Positions 31,762 through 43,525 are shown, counted from the first letter of the stretch. The stretch: DNA of 64,000 nucleotides from an uncultured Nitrososphaerota archaeon (GCA_963799845.1 CAWCYI010000006.1:416001-480000), one strand, 5' to 3'. Notes: a model not told the origin generated them from the sequence alone. Translations and numbers: made by a program.

Positions 31762-32217
31762 ATGGTACGAGATTTGGCACTAGACATGGTTCTCTTCCTC
31801 GCGGGTTCCGCGCTCGCAGTCGCCGCCATAGGAATCATCGTCTACAGAGGGATTCCCGACCGTAGTGTTTTGAGAGCCGAATCAGTGCAGAAGGTGCTCG
31901 ATCCGCCGGTAGCGAAGATCGAACAAGAACCCGAACCCCAGCCTATCTCAGAGGCACCACCACCGTTTTCCGATGACGGTAGTTTTTCAGGTTCGAAGAA
32001 AACGGCCATGCCAACGGACACAACGGCTCTTGGCACGACAAGCCCGTTCTTGGTGATTTCTGTCCCAAAATCTGTCCAGAAGACAAGACCAAGGACCACG
32101 AGAAAACGACGCGCCTCCAAAGTTGACAGTATTCCATCTCTCACAGGACCAACCTTAACTGGATCACCAGTTCCAAGTGTCGATAATCAGACCACGAAGG
32201 GACCTTCCGAACCCTGA
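31762..32217 (+). CDS. Hypothetical protein with N-terminal TM anchor and low-complexity tail
   Basis: One hydrophobic helix followed by a Pro/Ser/Thr/Lys-rich region. Confidence 0.55.
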   Translation: MVRDLALDMVLFLAGSALAVAAIGIIVYRGIPDRSVLRAESVQKVLDPPVAKIEQEPEPQPISEAPPPFSDDGSFSGSKKTAMPTDTTALGTTSPFLVISVPKSVQKTRPRTTRKRRASKVDSIPSLTGPTLTGSPVPSVDNQTTKGPSEP

Positions 32218-32225
32218 CCGCCTAA

Positions 32226-33560
32226 TTAAACAATCCAACCATCGATAAGGTTCTCTGGTGTCTCTGTCTTCTTTTCCGACGAGGAATACCTGTGGAGCGG
32301 CTTTGTTAGATGCCGGTGCGCTTTCAACGGCGGAATATAGAGTTTCTTGGAAATACTTCTCTTTTCTTCGTGTGATTGCTTAGGCGCCATTGAAACGTTT
32401 CCACATTTGTAGCACTCAAATCCTTGCCCCTTTCCCATCGATTTCATCGCAATTTTGCAGCTGGGGCATTTCGGGTTCGAAAGTGTAATAATACGTTCTA
32501 GCTTTACGGGGCGAACTGCCTCAAGATTGAGCACCCTGGAATGAGTCGATGTGGGTTTACGTATCCCACCAGAAGCCTCTACTGTGTCCCCTGGTATCAA
32601 GCCAAGTACAGTCTTCCTGAAATCCGCAGTAGGTTCGTAACAGGCGCAAGTGATCTCGCCCTCTCTGTTTTCGAGATTGAAGAAGACGTGTCCTCCCATT
32701 TCGATCATGGGTTTAGACGACACCCTTCCGACAACAGTTCCCGAAGAGTATGCGCTAGAATTGGTCAAGTCAAGTGCATTCGAAAGATGTTCTCCAGTGG
32801 CCTGGTTTGAGCGGAATATCATGTAGCCCAGAAGATTGTCAATAGGCTTGAGGTCACGGAATGCATCTCTGACCGCCCTCGCGTTCTCACCGCGAATCCC
32901 ACAGAGCACTGGGTCCGGTCCATGAGGCGAGATCATCACTCGATCATAATCTCTATCATAACTGCTGAAGGTCTGGGGAAATCTAGTTTCGCTCATCCTC
33001 ACCACTTTGTCAAAATCGATAACTCTCCTTCGGCGTACATCTTTGCGGTAGGCAATTAGTTCGAAAGTGTGATCGCGCGCCAGACGGTTCCCAATGCTAG
33101 CGAGCGCACCGACTATGCCTTGACCGGAGCGCAACTCGAAGCTGTCCATTTTGAACATACTAACGAGGCCTCGAGCCTCTCGGAGGCTCATAACGGAAAA
33201 GAGGGCTCTCCTTGAGAATTCCTGAATCTCGTCAGGTGTCTCCAACCCCTCATGCAGTACGAGACCAGAGTTTGCACGGGGACTGGTTGCAAATTTCTCG
33301 ACTATTCCTTTGAAGAAGCGGAAGACGGCATTACGCGAGAGTGTGGTCTTTATTTGTAGGGCTAAAGCGGCGTTGCCCCTCGTCTTCCACGGGATGTTGG
33401 GATTCAGCCTAATCAGGTGAGGATAGTCGACAACTTCGGTCTTTCCACTCTTGAGCAGCTGTTTTACAGCGGTATAGCATAGAAAGGTAGTGCACATCCC
33501 GTCGCTCGAATCGGTATCATCTATTCCGATTTGAAAAAATCTGAACTCTTCTTTCGACAT
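32226..33560 (-). CDS. tiaS: tRNA(Ile2) agmatinylcytidine synthetase
   Basis: IGIDDTDS, LIRLNPNIPWKTRGN, PHGPDPVLCGIRG, CPSC/CYKC zinc ribbon and HRHLTKP motifs. Confidence 0.96.
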   Translation of the reverse strand: MSKEEFRFFQIGIDDTDSSDGMCTTFLCYTAVKQLLKSGKTEVVDYPHLIRLNPNIPWKTRGNAALALQIKTTLSRNAVFRFFKGIVEKFATSPRANSGLVLHEGLETPDEIQEFSRRALFSVMSLREARGLVSMFKMDSFELRSGQGIVGALASIGNRLARDHTFELIAYRKDVRRRRVIDFDKVVRMSETRFPQTFSSYDRDYDRVMISPHGPDPVLCGIRGENARAVRDAFRDLKPIDNLLGYMIFRSNQATGEHLSNALDLTNSSAYSSGTVVGRVSSKPMIEMGGHVFFNLENREGEITCACYEPTADFRKTVLGLIPGDTVEASGGIRKPTSTHSRVLNLEAVRPVKLERIITLSNPKCPSCKIAMKSMGKGQGFECYKCGNVSMAPKQSHEEKRSISKKLYIPPLKAHRHLTKPLHRYSSSEKKTETPENLIDGWIV

Positions 33561-33606
33561 ACGTAGCCGCCGCTGGCGGAACAGACATTTACGGAAAAAA
33601 CGTAAG

Positions 33607-33840
33607 CTAGGATTCTACAACGATCATCGTCAAGGTCGAGCGGACTTTTTCGAGCCGCCTGATCTTCCAGGTAATCGTCTCCTTGACCTTTTCCATAGTG
33701 TCCGCCTCAATTTTCGCGACGATATCGTAGACTCCGTATACAACGTATACTTCCTTAACGTGCTCTATACTCTTCAGCTCGCGAACTAGTTCTTCCTCAG
33801 CGCCGAGATCCGCGTTTATCAAAACGAAGGCCATCGGCAT
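33607..33840 (-). CDS. Stand-alone Lrp/AsnC ligand-binding domain protein
   Basis: AFVLINA...VYGVYDIVAKIE...IRRLEKVRSTLTM. Confidence 0.9.
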   Translation of the reverse strand: MPMAFVLINADLGAEEELVRELKSIEHVKEVYVVYGVYDIVAKIEADTMEKVKETITWKIRRLEKVRSTLTMIVVES

Positions 33841-33902
33841 GTGTTGTGCGGTCACAAACCGTCTCTGTTACCGTCTCATTAAATAGGTTTTCTATCTTTC
33901 AA

Positions 33903-34475
33903 ATGATCAAGATGGGAAACATTGGAAATAGAATCATCTCGAGTACCGAACGGGACGAGTATCCCAAAATCTTCACGGTTGAGCTTCGAGAAGATGATCC
34001 TGCTAAATGTACTTCAGCGAAAATGCGAAAGTTTCAACTGGCAAGATCGATCAGACCGAACCAGATTGATAGAACTTCGATTGTGCTGAGTCCTTTTGCA
34101 GCGGAGATTGTTTCTCGAGGCGACAGGGGGCTCGCGCTATCGGGAGGAATCGTCGTCATCGACTGCTCATGGGTCAATGCAACTTCGACCTTCAAGAGGA
34201 GAATGAATGGAATTCATCGTCGACTTCCCGTTTTGATGGCGGGTAATCCGACAAACTATTCGAAGCTCAACAGCTTGAGCTCTGTTGAGGCTTCTGCCGC
34301 TGCTCTTTACATCATGGATTTCCGGGTTCTCGCTGAACGACTCCTTTCTCTCTACAAATGGGGTGGAACTTTTCTTTCCCTGAACCTAGATGCTCTAAAC
34401 GACTATGCCGTAGCAACAAGCCAGGAAGAGATCAAGAAAATTGAGCTTGATTACTTCCCAAAAATTGCGGGCTGA
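33903..34475 (+). CDS. tsr3: SSU rRNA aminocarboxypropyltransferase Tsr3 (start uncertain)
   Basis: DDPAKCT, IDCSW, RRLPVLMAGNPTNY, LSSVEA and KWG..F..LN motifs. Confidence 0.93.
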   Translation: MIKMGNIGNRIISSTERDEYPKIFTVELREDDPAKCTSAKMRKFQLARSIRPNQIDRTSIVLSPFAAEIVSRGDRGLALSGGIVVIDCSWVNATSTFKRRMNGIHRRLPVLMAGNPTNYSKLNSLSSVEASAAALYIMDFRVLAERLLSLYKWGGTFLSLNLDALNDYAVATSQEEIKKIELDYFPKIAG

Positions 34476-34642
34476 TAATCCCTGAACCGATCGGAGATTT
34501 CAAAAATCCTGCTGTGCTTACGTTTAGCGTCGATTTGCATTGACGAGACATAGGCTTCAGCTAACCACAAGTTGGGGAATGATGATGCCTTTTCCAAAGA
34601 TAGGTTTAACTCAGTCCTATAATTAGAGCAAAGTATTAGATT

Positions 34643-35314
34643 TTGGCTTCCACTGGCCTCTTTTCCCTCGACCAGCTTCTTGGGAGCGATGGCTATCCAG
34701 ACAAGTCAACCATTCTGATCGTTGGCCCTCCCGGAATAGGCAAGGAAGCCCTTGGCTACTGGTTCACCCACTCAGGACTTCTGCAGAATGATTTCTGTCT
34801 ATACACCACGAGACTATCCACGAGAGAAGTACTTCAGGATGTCAAGGCGTTCAACGTTGACTTTTCTCAAAGAGTACCATTCTGGTTTGCAAGCGAGGGA
34901 GGGCAGATCAAGTTTGATGTTAACGACCTAGCGAGCTTATCGTTCAATATCAAAGACATCCTAAAGAAAAACGCAGACAGGAGAATCAGAGTGGTGACTG
35001 ATGTACTTTCTTCCCTGCTGATGTTGAACCAGCCAGATACAATTTACAAATTCTTAACGCAACTCTTTGCTGACGTAAAGCAATACGATTCTGTGGCACT
35101 TGCAACACTGGAAGAAGGGATGCATCCTCCAAACGTCCTGGCTGCTATGCAACAGCTGTTCGATGGAGTGATTGAACTGAGATTGTACGAGGAAGGCCTC
35201 CGGGTGCTTCCTCTACTTAGAATAAGGAAAATGAGAGGAGTTCCTCCGCAGCAGGGTTACTACAACTTTTCGTTCACAAAAACTGGAATGGAGGTTAGCG
35301 CGTTTGTCAGATAG
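34643..35314 (+). CDS. KaiC/RAD55-like ATPase with degenerate Walker A (module 1)
   Basis: STG..SLD.LLG..GYP, GPPGIGKE, VVTDVLS, DGVIEL and RKMRG motifs. Confidence 0.9.
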   Translation: MASTGLFSLDQLLGSDGYPDKSTILIVGPPGIGKEALGYWFTHSGLLQNDFCLYTTRLSTREVLQDVKAFNVDFSQRVPFWFASEGGQIKFDVNDLASLSFNIKDILKKNADRRIRVVTDVLSSLLMLNQPDTIYKFLTQLFADVKQYDSVALATLEEGMHPPNVLAAMQQLFDGVIELRLYEEGLRVLPLLRIRKMRGVPPQQGYYNFSFTKTGMEVSAFVR

Positions 35315-36070
35315 CCTTGGATTCGCCCTCGCGATAATCTTTACTGAGATCTTGCCCGCGGCCATTGGTTTTTACGCCGCATACTGGGCTTTGTCTATTA
35401 GGCGTGCGCTCGTCAGCCGCGTCTATCGCAACCACGCTCTCTGGTTGGGTGTTTTAGTTATCTTTTTGGAGGTGAATTCACTTACCGTCAACCTTACGAG
35501 CAACAATGCGATTATTACGCTAGCACTCCATCTTATTCTCTACTCGGTCATCGTATTCGCATTTGCATTTATCGACTCTACCATTCCTGTTGCACGGCGC
35601 TCGGATCCGCTCCTTCGCAGCATACTGCATTGGAGCAAGGTCCGTATTGTGCTCTGGGTTGATGTTGCCCTGGCAGGAATTTATCTGGTCGTTACGGCAA
35701 TCAGCCCATCCTTCAATGCGAGTGTTGCCGCAGGCTTTTTGGGATTCCCCCTCTTCTCACTCCCGCTGCTTCTTGGAGCACCGGCTCTGCTGATCGGGCC
35801 AGAAGATCCAGAGACCCAGTGCTTCGCGGGAGCTTGAAATGGTTTGGTATATTCTTATTGCTGTTCTTGGTTAACACAGTGTTGTCCATTATCGAATCGG
35901 TCGTCTTCGGCATCAGCAGCTACAATGAATCATATTCATACCCTGCAATTGTTTTCGCTCCGGCGTACGTTCTGGCAGCCTATGCTCTTTACAGGAGCGC
36001 TCGGTCTCTTGCACCAATAAACCGACTGTCGCTAGAAGTTCCACCCAAAGTAGAACCGCCACCGCCCTAG
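35304..36070 (+). CDS. 7-TM membrane protein (module 1), frameshift near 35797
   Basis: Paralog of 51332-52102; restoring one base joins GA/RRSRDPVLRGSLKWFG. 11-nt overlap with the ATPase; GGAGGT 8 nt upstream of the start. Confidence 0.85.
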
Positions 36071-36214
36071 TTCGACCCTTCCACTATATTTCTTAGACAA
36101 TGGTTTTTCGTTTGTCTCGAACATTTTGATCTTGTGCTCTGCTATCTAGCTGGGCCTGAACATTGCAGCAATTGTGAGAATTACAAGAATGCCCTCGACA
36201 CGAGACTATGATGC

Positions 36215-36289
36215 AGATATTTGTACATAGGAGTACATTCGATATTATATATTGCGATAGCGCTCAGATCGTTGAGCACTAAACAAATG
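36215..36289 (+). promoter_or_regulatory. GTACAT-N4-GTACAT element plus TATA (copy A)
   Basis: GTACAT at 36223 and 36233, TTATATAT at 36245, then the leader agatcg.tgagcactaaac.aatg shared with copy B. Confidence 0.7.
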
Positions 36290-36411
36290 CCACAACCATT
36301 GCCTGGCCAAATTGTAGTGATCTTCGAAAAACTGAGGGAGAAGATTGGATCGAAGAAAACTGTTTATCTTATGCTATCGTCAGGTTCGCGCCATAGGAGG
36401 TTTCTCCAATA

Positions 36412-37865
36412 ATGCAAAATCACCGAAGATCTTCGATTGCAGTGATCTTCTCGTGTTTTGTTCTGCTTACCATAGGACTTTTTTCAAGCTCGATCCCGCA
36501 AAGTTACGCCGCGAGTAGCACAACGCTGATTGTCCCTTCACAATATTCTACGATTCAATCCGCAATTAATGCCGCGAATTCCGGAGACACGGTCAAAGTT
36601 CTTAGGGGCACTTATACCGAGCAGCTTTTCATCAACAAGTCGATAACGCTGTTAGGCGCTGGTGCCTCCTCTACCGTAATCAATGAGCCCAAGAAACTTG
36701 CTACAGATAGCTTTGGGTATTATTGGGGCGTGCACATAGCTCACGGCGCTGAGGTAACGATCTCCGGCTTCTCTTTCACGACGCCGCCGAAGTTTTTCAA
36801 GCCCTGCACTGTGCTACCCTCTTGCGGCACGATAGGAGTGGACGGGGGCGCGAGTCTCGAGCTGTCTTCAAGCATTGTGCATCTCACTTACTTGACTGCT
36901 GGCTTGTGGGTGGGACTGGGTGATACTCCTTCGAGCGTTCCATTTTCAACTGGCCAAGCGGTTGTTAATGCCGTTGATTTTGAGGTGCCATCTACGGCTA
37001 CAAAAAATCTTACGGAGCCAGGGGCAGGTTATGCTGGGATATGGCTCTCAGGTGATGGCTCCCTGCAAGTCTCGTACAGCAGAATCGTAACAATTCCAAC
37101 TTTTTATGGCGATACGTTCGGCATTTTTCTAGATACTGGGACGACGGCATCAATCTTGCACAACACAATTGTCGGCGCCAGTGCAATCGTCACTGAACCT
37201 GACGCGCACGCTGATATTTCGTACAACACTCTCATGCCCACAGGTCTCTCACTGTTCGGAGCGATTCCTAGTGCTACCACGGGCATCTCAATCAGTCAGG
37301 GCTCCAATGTCAAGATTACTTACAACACGATTACCAGCGGCCCGAATGTCTTGGCCGGATCTTTCTAGTAGCAAACAATGTCTCATCAGATCCTACGATT
37401 GCAGATGTCTCCCACAACACAATAAGTAATTTCCTCTGCACAGATCTGACCGGCAGACCTGCTGGATACTGCGGGCCGAACATTTTGGAAGGGCAAGACC
37501 AGAACAACGGGATTGTTGTCTTCGGAATTTTCGGACCCCAGACGACGAAAAATGCGATATCAATCACAGACAATTATATCACAAGAACCGATAATGGGAT
37601 TGGACTAGCCGATGCTCAGAATTGCTGCGTCGTTTCTGACAATGTGATACTGAAAAGCACGGACTTTGCACTTGCGGCTGTGAACGGGAACTACACTTTT
37701 TCGAATAACAAAATCATAGGTGGACTGTACGCAGTTACAGCGTTCGCCGGTGCCATAAACATGACAGTAACGATGAACGGCAATATCATTCAGGGCATAT
37801 CGATTGCTCCAACCTACCTCCAGACTATTCCACCCTTCACAGCGAAAGTAGTGTTCAAGAAGTAA
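36412..37865 (+). CDS. Secreted right-handed parallel beta-helix (pectin-lyase-like) protein, frameshift near 37358
   Basis: Signal peptide, VPSQYSTIQSAINAA..GDTVKV..GTY.E, and repeated I..NTI rungs. Confidence 0.8.
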
Positions 37866-38039
37866 GATTCACTGTCGTATCGATTCGTGTGGGGATTTGG
37901 TAGTCTAGAATTATCATTTTGCTAGTACCCGCCAATATGCTTAACCGGACTTCCGTTGGTTGAAACAATCAATCTCAGATTTCTCACCCTAAATTACGTT
38001 GGGTATTACTGACTTATGCTTCTTATTCTCTTTCTCTGG

Positions 38040-38115
38040 CAAACATTTGTACATAATCGTACATTCGATGTGATATAGAGCAACGGTGCCTAGATCGGTG
38101 AGCACTAAACCAATG
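38040..38115 (+). promoter_or_regulatory. GTACAT-N4-GTACAT element plus TATA-like box (copy B)
   Basis: caaacatttGTACATaatcGTACATtcgatgtgatatag, upstream of the cupredoxin gene. Confidence 0.75.
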
Positions 38116-38904
38116 ACTCTGAAAACAAGACCCTCGGTGTCGCGTAAATCGCTCGTATTTCTGGTGCCTTTCTTAGGTTTGCTTTATGACGCCATCTGCC
38201 ATGTTTATGCCTTCGTATTCTATTATTTCCAGACTCCAATCTTTGCAATATTTATCATCGTGCCGCTTCTCGGTGCGCTAGCCGTCCTGCGGGGTGGTAG
38301 GATTGGCTATATCATCTCGACAGCTATCAGCTTGCTATTCTTCTTCGTGGAAGGCGGAATGGGAACTTCTGAATGGAGCTCTGTGACGGTGACAAATGTC
38401 TTCCTCATTTATATCACAGTGGTCCCTGCGCTTCTCTTAGCTCTGGTCTACTCGGTGTTGGGGTTGAAGCAAGTCTTCTCGAGGCCAACGATTCCCCAGA
38501 AACCATCTAGGATGATACCCGCTCGCAGCTTCTTGGTTCTCCTGGCTATTGGTTTCATTCTCGGCGGGGCCACGATAGGATTCATCGCTGCCCCGGTAGA
38601 ATTGAGACTGGCTCAATCAAACCCCGTGACCGGAGACATATTCATTGTCCAAGGTGCAGGAAATTCGAACAACGGACAATTCTACTTGCCGAGCTCGTAC
38701 AATGTGGCTGTTGGAACTACCGTAAGTTGGGTGAACCACGATACGACAACGCACACAGTGACCGAGGACAACGGACTGTTCGATTCGGGGCCTATCCCAC
38801 CGGGCGGGTCCTTCAGCTATACTTTCACTAAAACGGGAACGTACCAATATGCCTGCTCATATCATCCTTGGATGACTGGGACCATCGTTGTAACTTCCAG
38901 CTGA
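38113..38904 (+). CDS. Multi-TM protein with C-terminal type-1 copper (plastocyanin/amicyanin-like) domain
   Basis: About 5 TM helices, then WVNHDTTTHTVT...YACSYHPWMTG (H, C, H, M ligands). Confidence 0.88.
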   Translation: MTLKTRPSVSRKSLVFLVPFLGLLYDAICHVYAFVFYYFQTPIFAIFIIVPLLGALAVLRGGRIGYIISTAISLLFFFVEGGMGTSEWSSVTVTNVFLIYITVVPALLLALVYSVLGLKQVFSRPTIPQKPSRMIPARSFLVLLAIGFILGGATIGFIAAPVELRLAQSNPVTGDIFIVQGAGNSNNGQFYLPSSYNVAVGTTVSWVNHDTTTHTVTEDNGLFDSGPIPPGGSFSYTFTKTGTYQYACSYHPWMTGTIVVTSS

Positions 38905-39036
38905 TTTGAAGATTAGCATGCGGTGAATGTAATGAGCAATTCAGAAACGTACTCTTCGGACAAGGAGATCCATTGCTGAGATAGTTTTGCTTCGAAATCA
39001 AAAACAAATATCCAAGACGGAGGTGTAAATCGTCAA

Positions 39037-40331
39037 TTGCAATCATCATTGAATCAGGAGAAACATGTCGAAAAGTCAAACGACAGAATTGTCGCAAAAA
39101 ATGGAATCCTGATTGTCGGAGCAGGGCTTGCGGGATTATCACTTGCTCTAACCCTCGCCAGAAGAGGAATCGCATGCACCGTGATCGAAAAACAAACTGA
39201 AATCGTTCCGAGTAAGTGGGCTATTCTTGTCTACCCACAGGGGATCAAGATTTTTGATGAATTAGGCGTACTCGAAGACATCAGGCGACTTGGCGTGCCC
39301 CTAAAGCCGCCTGAGATGGTTGTGGACGGAGCGACACTCCTTGTGGCTGACAGCGGATTGCTCGTTGAGCCCAAGTACAACTATCACCTGAACCTAGGAC
39401 CTTCTGAAATCAGGCAGGTGTTGAAAAAACACGCCTTGTCTCAGGGCGTAGAGATTCTGGAAGGCATAGATTATACATCATTGATCCGCGACTCGAGCAA
39501 CAAGATAATTGGCGTCGAGGCAAGAGGTAAAGATGCCCAATCAATCAAGATCTCGTCTCAGGTTGTGGTTGACGCAACCGGTTACAAGTCAGTGCTGCGA
39601 AATCAACTTGGAGTCCAGTCCACCGTCAAGCAGCATGACTCGCTCATCGTCTGCTTCTTCATCGACGACTGCATACATGGTCAAGATCAAATCCAGCTTT
39701 TCCTTGGTAACGGATGTGTCTCGTTGAGTCTGCCATGCACAGAAAAACGGATCCTATTGGCCTACGAGGAAAGTGGTCTGACAGTTGAAAAGCTCAGAGA
39801 AAAGGGAGGGGAATCATATGTAAGGCGCAAAATCCTAGACGCTGCTCCCAACCTCTGGCAAATTATGGAGAGATCTACTGCGAACCTATCGGACGGCAGT
39901 ATGATGACGATGCAACCAACGATTTCAAGAGTTTCTCCTTTCGTCGTTGACGGTGCTGTTATGATCGGAGATTCCGCTCTTTCTGTTCACCCTGGCACCG
40001 GTTCAGGCGCGCAGCTGAGCTTTTCAAGATTCGATTACTCTCGCACCCGTGATTGAGAAGTGCATGGACAAGGGCGATTTTTCCTTGGCCGGATTGAACG
40101 AGTACGAGCTGAGGAGGAGGCCCTTCATGAAAACGGTAGACATTACGAGCAGGTCTGTCGATTCCTTGACGTTCGCAAAGGGTCGCTTCAAATTGTGGTT
40201 AAGGAGAAGACAGACTGTGGGCGATCAACAAACTAATGACGCGAAAGGAATACCAAGAGATTATCGACGGAGTCCGAGCACCCAACGGTAAGGAAATATT
40301 TGTTCTCACTATGAGAACGATCTTTTCTTAA
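39037..40331 (+). CDS. FAD-dependent monooxygenase (UbiH-like), frameshifts near 40022 and 40212
   Basis: IVGAGLAG, VVDATG and IGDSALSVHPGTGSG motifs; the C-terminus continues in shifted frames to TAA at 40331. Confidence 0.82.
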
Positions 40332-40416
40332 AACTAAACGTAGTAAAGACGCATGATGGCAGAGCGAATTAGTTAAACTTCTCCGAAATTTCAAGAAGAT
40401 GCTAGTAGGTATCTTC

Positions 40417-41232
40417 TTATTGGGTCTCGGTTCCTTTTTTGCCTTTCTTCCACTGGCCCAAGAGCTTCTTTTCAGATTCAGAGACTTTTCGCTCGCCCTG
40501 ATTTGAAGCTACGGCGCCCCGCAGAAAACTCCGATACGAATTGATCACCGTGCGTTCATCGCCGGAAATGATTCCCTCTTTCTCCGCCGCATAAAGATTG
40601 TCAACCCACTCCTGCGACTGCTCAACTTCCGTAACCGGGAGCTCTTCATCGGCTGTCTTCAGGAGCTCGGCGAAGGTTTCCATTTTTGTTTCATCTGATG
40701 CAGTTGAAAGTGGATCTTCTTTAGTTCCCTTTGGAAAATATCTTCCAAAATTGTAGCCAACCCAGTAGACGATTTTAGACGGTTCGACCCTGATCAATCT
40801 ATACTTGTACAACTTTCGCTCATCTGGTAGCTCCTTTCCGCTCGCGTAGAAAGTAAACATGCCCGGGTACTTTTTCGCGAAACTGGCCATTTTCGGCCCG
40901 ATTGAGAGAATTGATAGCACGGTCTTCACAATACTGAACACTTTCGCCTTGCCTTGAATCATCGCGCCGCAGGAGCCCTTTGTCAGAAGGTGATTGTCAA
41001 CAAGAAATGAAACAGTAGGGTTTCCTCTGATGAATTTTAGTTTGGCTGCGCTGATCGGGGTCATGAAATACACTCTGAAACCCGAGAAATAGAAGGCGAC
41101 GGGGTAGCTGTACAATTCGCCCTTGCTGGACGTTACGGACAAATATCCGATACCAGAAGTTTTTAGAACATCTAGAACGTTTTCCGGAATCTCCTGCTGC
41201 TGTTGATCCTTGGCAGGCATTCGAGTTCTCAA
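40417..41232 (-). CDS. PPOX-like split-barrel protein with helical C-terminal extension
   Basis: GYLSV...YSYPVAF...KLKFIRGNPTVSFLVD...IRVEPSKIVYW; 4-nt overlap with the KaiC-like gene. Confidence 0.78.
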   Translation of the reverse strand: MRTRMPAKDQQQQEIPENVLDVLKTSGIGYLSVTSSKGELYSYPVAFYFSGFRVYFMTPISAAKLKFIRGNPTVSFLVDNHLLTKGSCGAMIQGKAKVFSIVKTVLSILSIGPKMASFAKKYPGMFTFYASGKELPDERKLYKYRLIRVEPSKIVYWVGYNFGRYFPKGTKEDPLSTASDETKMETFAELLKTADEELPVTEVEQSQEWVDNLYAAEKEGIISGDERTVINSYRSFLRGAVASNQGERKVSESEKKLLGQWKKGKKGTETQ

Positions 41233-41987
41233 TAAATTTCTTCCGTAGCGTAAACTTGGAGACCGCTCTCGTTGATGACGTAAGGTCTTGCGTGGGTGTC
41301 AACTTTGGATCCTCTCATCTTCAAAATCTGAATAGATCTGACTCCCTTCTGAAGCGTCCTCATGATTACGACACCTTCCGCGAGATACTCTTCGGGCTGT
41401 AACAACCTTCCCTCTCCCGTTGAAAGCAGCTCACTCGTCATGAGGCATGTTGCCTTCGTAGACTGTAGAGTCTCAACTAGATCCAGAACGACTGGGCGAC
41501 GTTCTTCCACTTTTGGATATCGAAAGACCAGGTCTGAAATCGAGTCCACAACAACTCGCTTCGGGGAATATTTTTCGATAGCTTCCTGAATCATGTCCAT
41601 CAGATTCACCAGCCCAAGCTCTCTACCGCCGACGGGAATTCTTCCGACTTTTGCCTCTTCGGGAATGCGCCTGACTTCGGTTGCGTCGACGTATGAGAAA
41701 CTTCCCGATTTTTCCAGCTTGTCAAAATCCATCCCCAGCCCGGCCATTTCCTGCATGAATCGGGACTTTGGCTCGTTCATCCCGATGAAGATGCTTTTCT
41801 CGTTTTTCTGGATCGCTCCGTGGAAAAGGTATTGAGAGCAAAGGATAGTCTTGCCGCTTCCAGGTTCTCCTAGCACCAGAACGACCCGCCCTTCATTGAA
41901 GCCGCCGTCTAGCATGGAGTCTAGTCCCGGAATTCCCGTCTCAAGCCTTGCATTTTTTTCTTGGTTTTGGGCCATCTGTGTAGACAA
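41229..41987 (-). CDS. KaiC/RAD55-like ATPase with canonical motifs
   Basis: TGIPGLDSMLDGG, GEPGSGKT, RVVVDSIS and LKMRG motifs. Confidence 0.92.
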   Translation of the reverse strand: MSTQMAQNQEKNARLETGIPGLDSMLDGGFNEGRVVLVLGEPGSGKTILCSQYLFHGAIQKNEKSIFIGMNEPKSRFMQEMAGLGMDFDKLEKSGSFSYVDATEVRRIPEEAKVGRIPVGGRELGLVNLMDMIQEAIEKYSPKRVVVDSISDLVFRYPKVEERRPVVLDLVETLQSTKATCLMTSELLSTGEGRLLQPEEYLAEGVVIMRTLQKGVRSIQILKMRGSKVDTHARPYVINESGLQVYATEEIY

Positions 41988-42096
41988 CTTCCCTGAACAA
42001 GAGATCTCTATTTCTGCATTCCTAGGTAAAATGCATCCTTGGCTTCATGATAAACTAAGATCATTATCTGAATCCTCCAATATATGTCGCACATTT

Positions 42097-42530
42097 CTAG
42101 CTCTGAACTTGAGATTCCAGTATGCGTTTCACGTTGCCGACTTCGAGTCCGCCTTCTCTCCTCGCTCTTCGGGCAAGGAAAGGCCCTACCAGTCTAAACA
42201 TGCCACTAAATCTTAGATCAAATGCTCGGGTCAGTCTAGTTTTCCCTTCGATGCTTTCCAAGCTGTAAGTGACCTTGTTCCCTTTATCGGCCCTGAAATA
42301 AACTCCAGAGTGAACTTCTTGCTCTGCTCGTACTCAATTGCCTTAGCATTCATTACTCTCTGTTTTGGGTGAACTGATTGGATCGTTGTACCAATTCCAA
42401 CGGGACCTGCAGAAGTTTGCCGAACTTCGAGAACACCGGGGTCCCATTTTGGGGTGTTAGACAAATCAGTCATGAATGTCCATATCTGCTCGCGAGGACG
42501 GTCTACGATCACACTCGCTTCAATTTTCAC
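42097..42530 (-). CDS. SRPBCC/polyketide cyclase family protein, frameshift near 42278
   Basis: IEASVIVDRP..IWTF.TD..N.PKW; the shifted frame continues VTYSLESIEGKTRLT...VKRILES*. Confidence 0.78.
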
Positions 42531-42619
42531 ATTACCAACCCTCCACTAAATCCAAAACCTGTTGCCATTCCACCTTTCCGGCGATTAATATCGAATTTGT
42601 GCAAGACTCTCCAAACCTC

Positions 42620-43525
42620 TTAAGGCTTGGCTATCACCGTCACAGATCCGGTCATAAATGGGTGAATTTCGCAGTGGTAGCCGTAGGTTCCGGGCGAAGC
42701 GAACGTGTAAGTCCATGAGTTACCATTGTTCAGCAGTCCGGAGTTGAAAAGACCGGTGTCACTCGTGATGGTATGTATGCTGTAATCATTGTTAGTCCAG
42801 GTGACGGTATTGTTCACCCCGACCACAAGAGTAATCGCCGAAGGGGCAAAGTGACCAGCTGCGTTGGATGGATTGAAGGCACCATTTACGATAGACACTG
42901 CGACAGCGCTCGTTGCGGCTGTCGAGACTGGAGAGTATGCTCCAATCAAAGCTCCTGCGATAGCAAGGGCCGCGATAATGAGAGTAAGAGCTCCACTAAA
43001 TGATCTCGCACTTGCGAGATATGTCTTCTGATTCAAGCCCTTTTTGCGATTTGCAAAACACAATACGGTTAGAATCGCCACGATGACTAGCGCTGGTACA
43101 ATCGTGTCGGCAACGATGAACGTGTTGTAGTCGTGCGGATTGGACAGGGTTGGAATCCAAGCATTGAGCCCGTTTGCTCCAATGATGAAACCCAGACTGA
43201 CTAGACCGGCCAGAAGATAGCCCCACGTCTTCTGCCAAAAAGTGCCTATCGAGCCTATGACGCATAGTAAAATGAAGAGGACCATGATGTAGAGGAGCGG
43301 ATCGGAAGACGAAGAAAGTTTGGGCAAATCGGGACTGATCCCGTAGAGTAGATCCAAAGCAGAAAACACAAGGCCAATAGCTATCACCCAGATTGCGAAT
43401 GGCCTGCTGGAAGTTTTGCCTTTCGTCTCCTGAGCCTTGATAGACAGGCCAGAGTTTTGGTTCAACGCATCGGAATCTCCTTTATTTTGGGAGTCAGCGG
43501 TCGCTTGTGCTAGAGTCAAATACAC
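42620..43525 (-). CDS. Multi-TM protein with C-terminal type-1 copper domain
   Basis: About 5 TM helices, then WTNNDYSIHTIT...YHCEIHPFMTG. Confidence 0.88.
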   Translation of the reverse strand: MYLTLAQATADSQNKGDSDALNQNSGLSIKAQETKGKTSSRPFAIWVIAIGLVFSALDLLYGISPDLPKLSSSSDPLLYIMVLFILLCVIGSIGTFWQKTWGYLLAGLVSLGFIIGANGLNAWIPTLSNPHDYNTFIVADTIVPALVIVAILTVLCFANRKKGLNQKTYLASARSFSGALTLIIAALAIAGALIGAYSPVSTAATSAVAVSIVNGAFNPSNAAGHFAPSAITLVVGVNNTVTWTNNDYSIHTITSDTGLFNSGLLNNGNSWTYTFASPGTYGYHCEIHPFMTGSVTVIAKP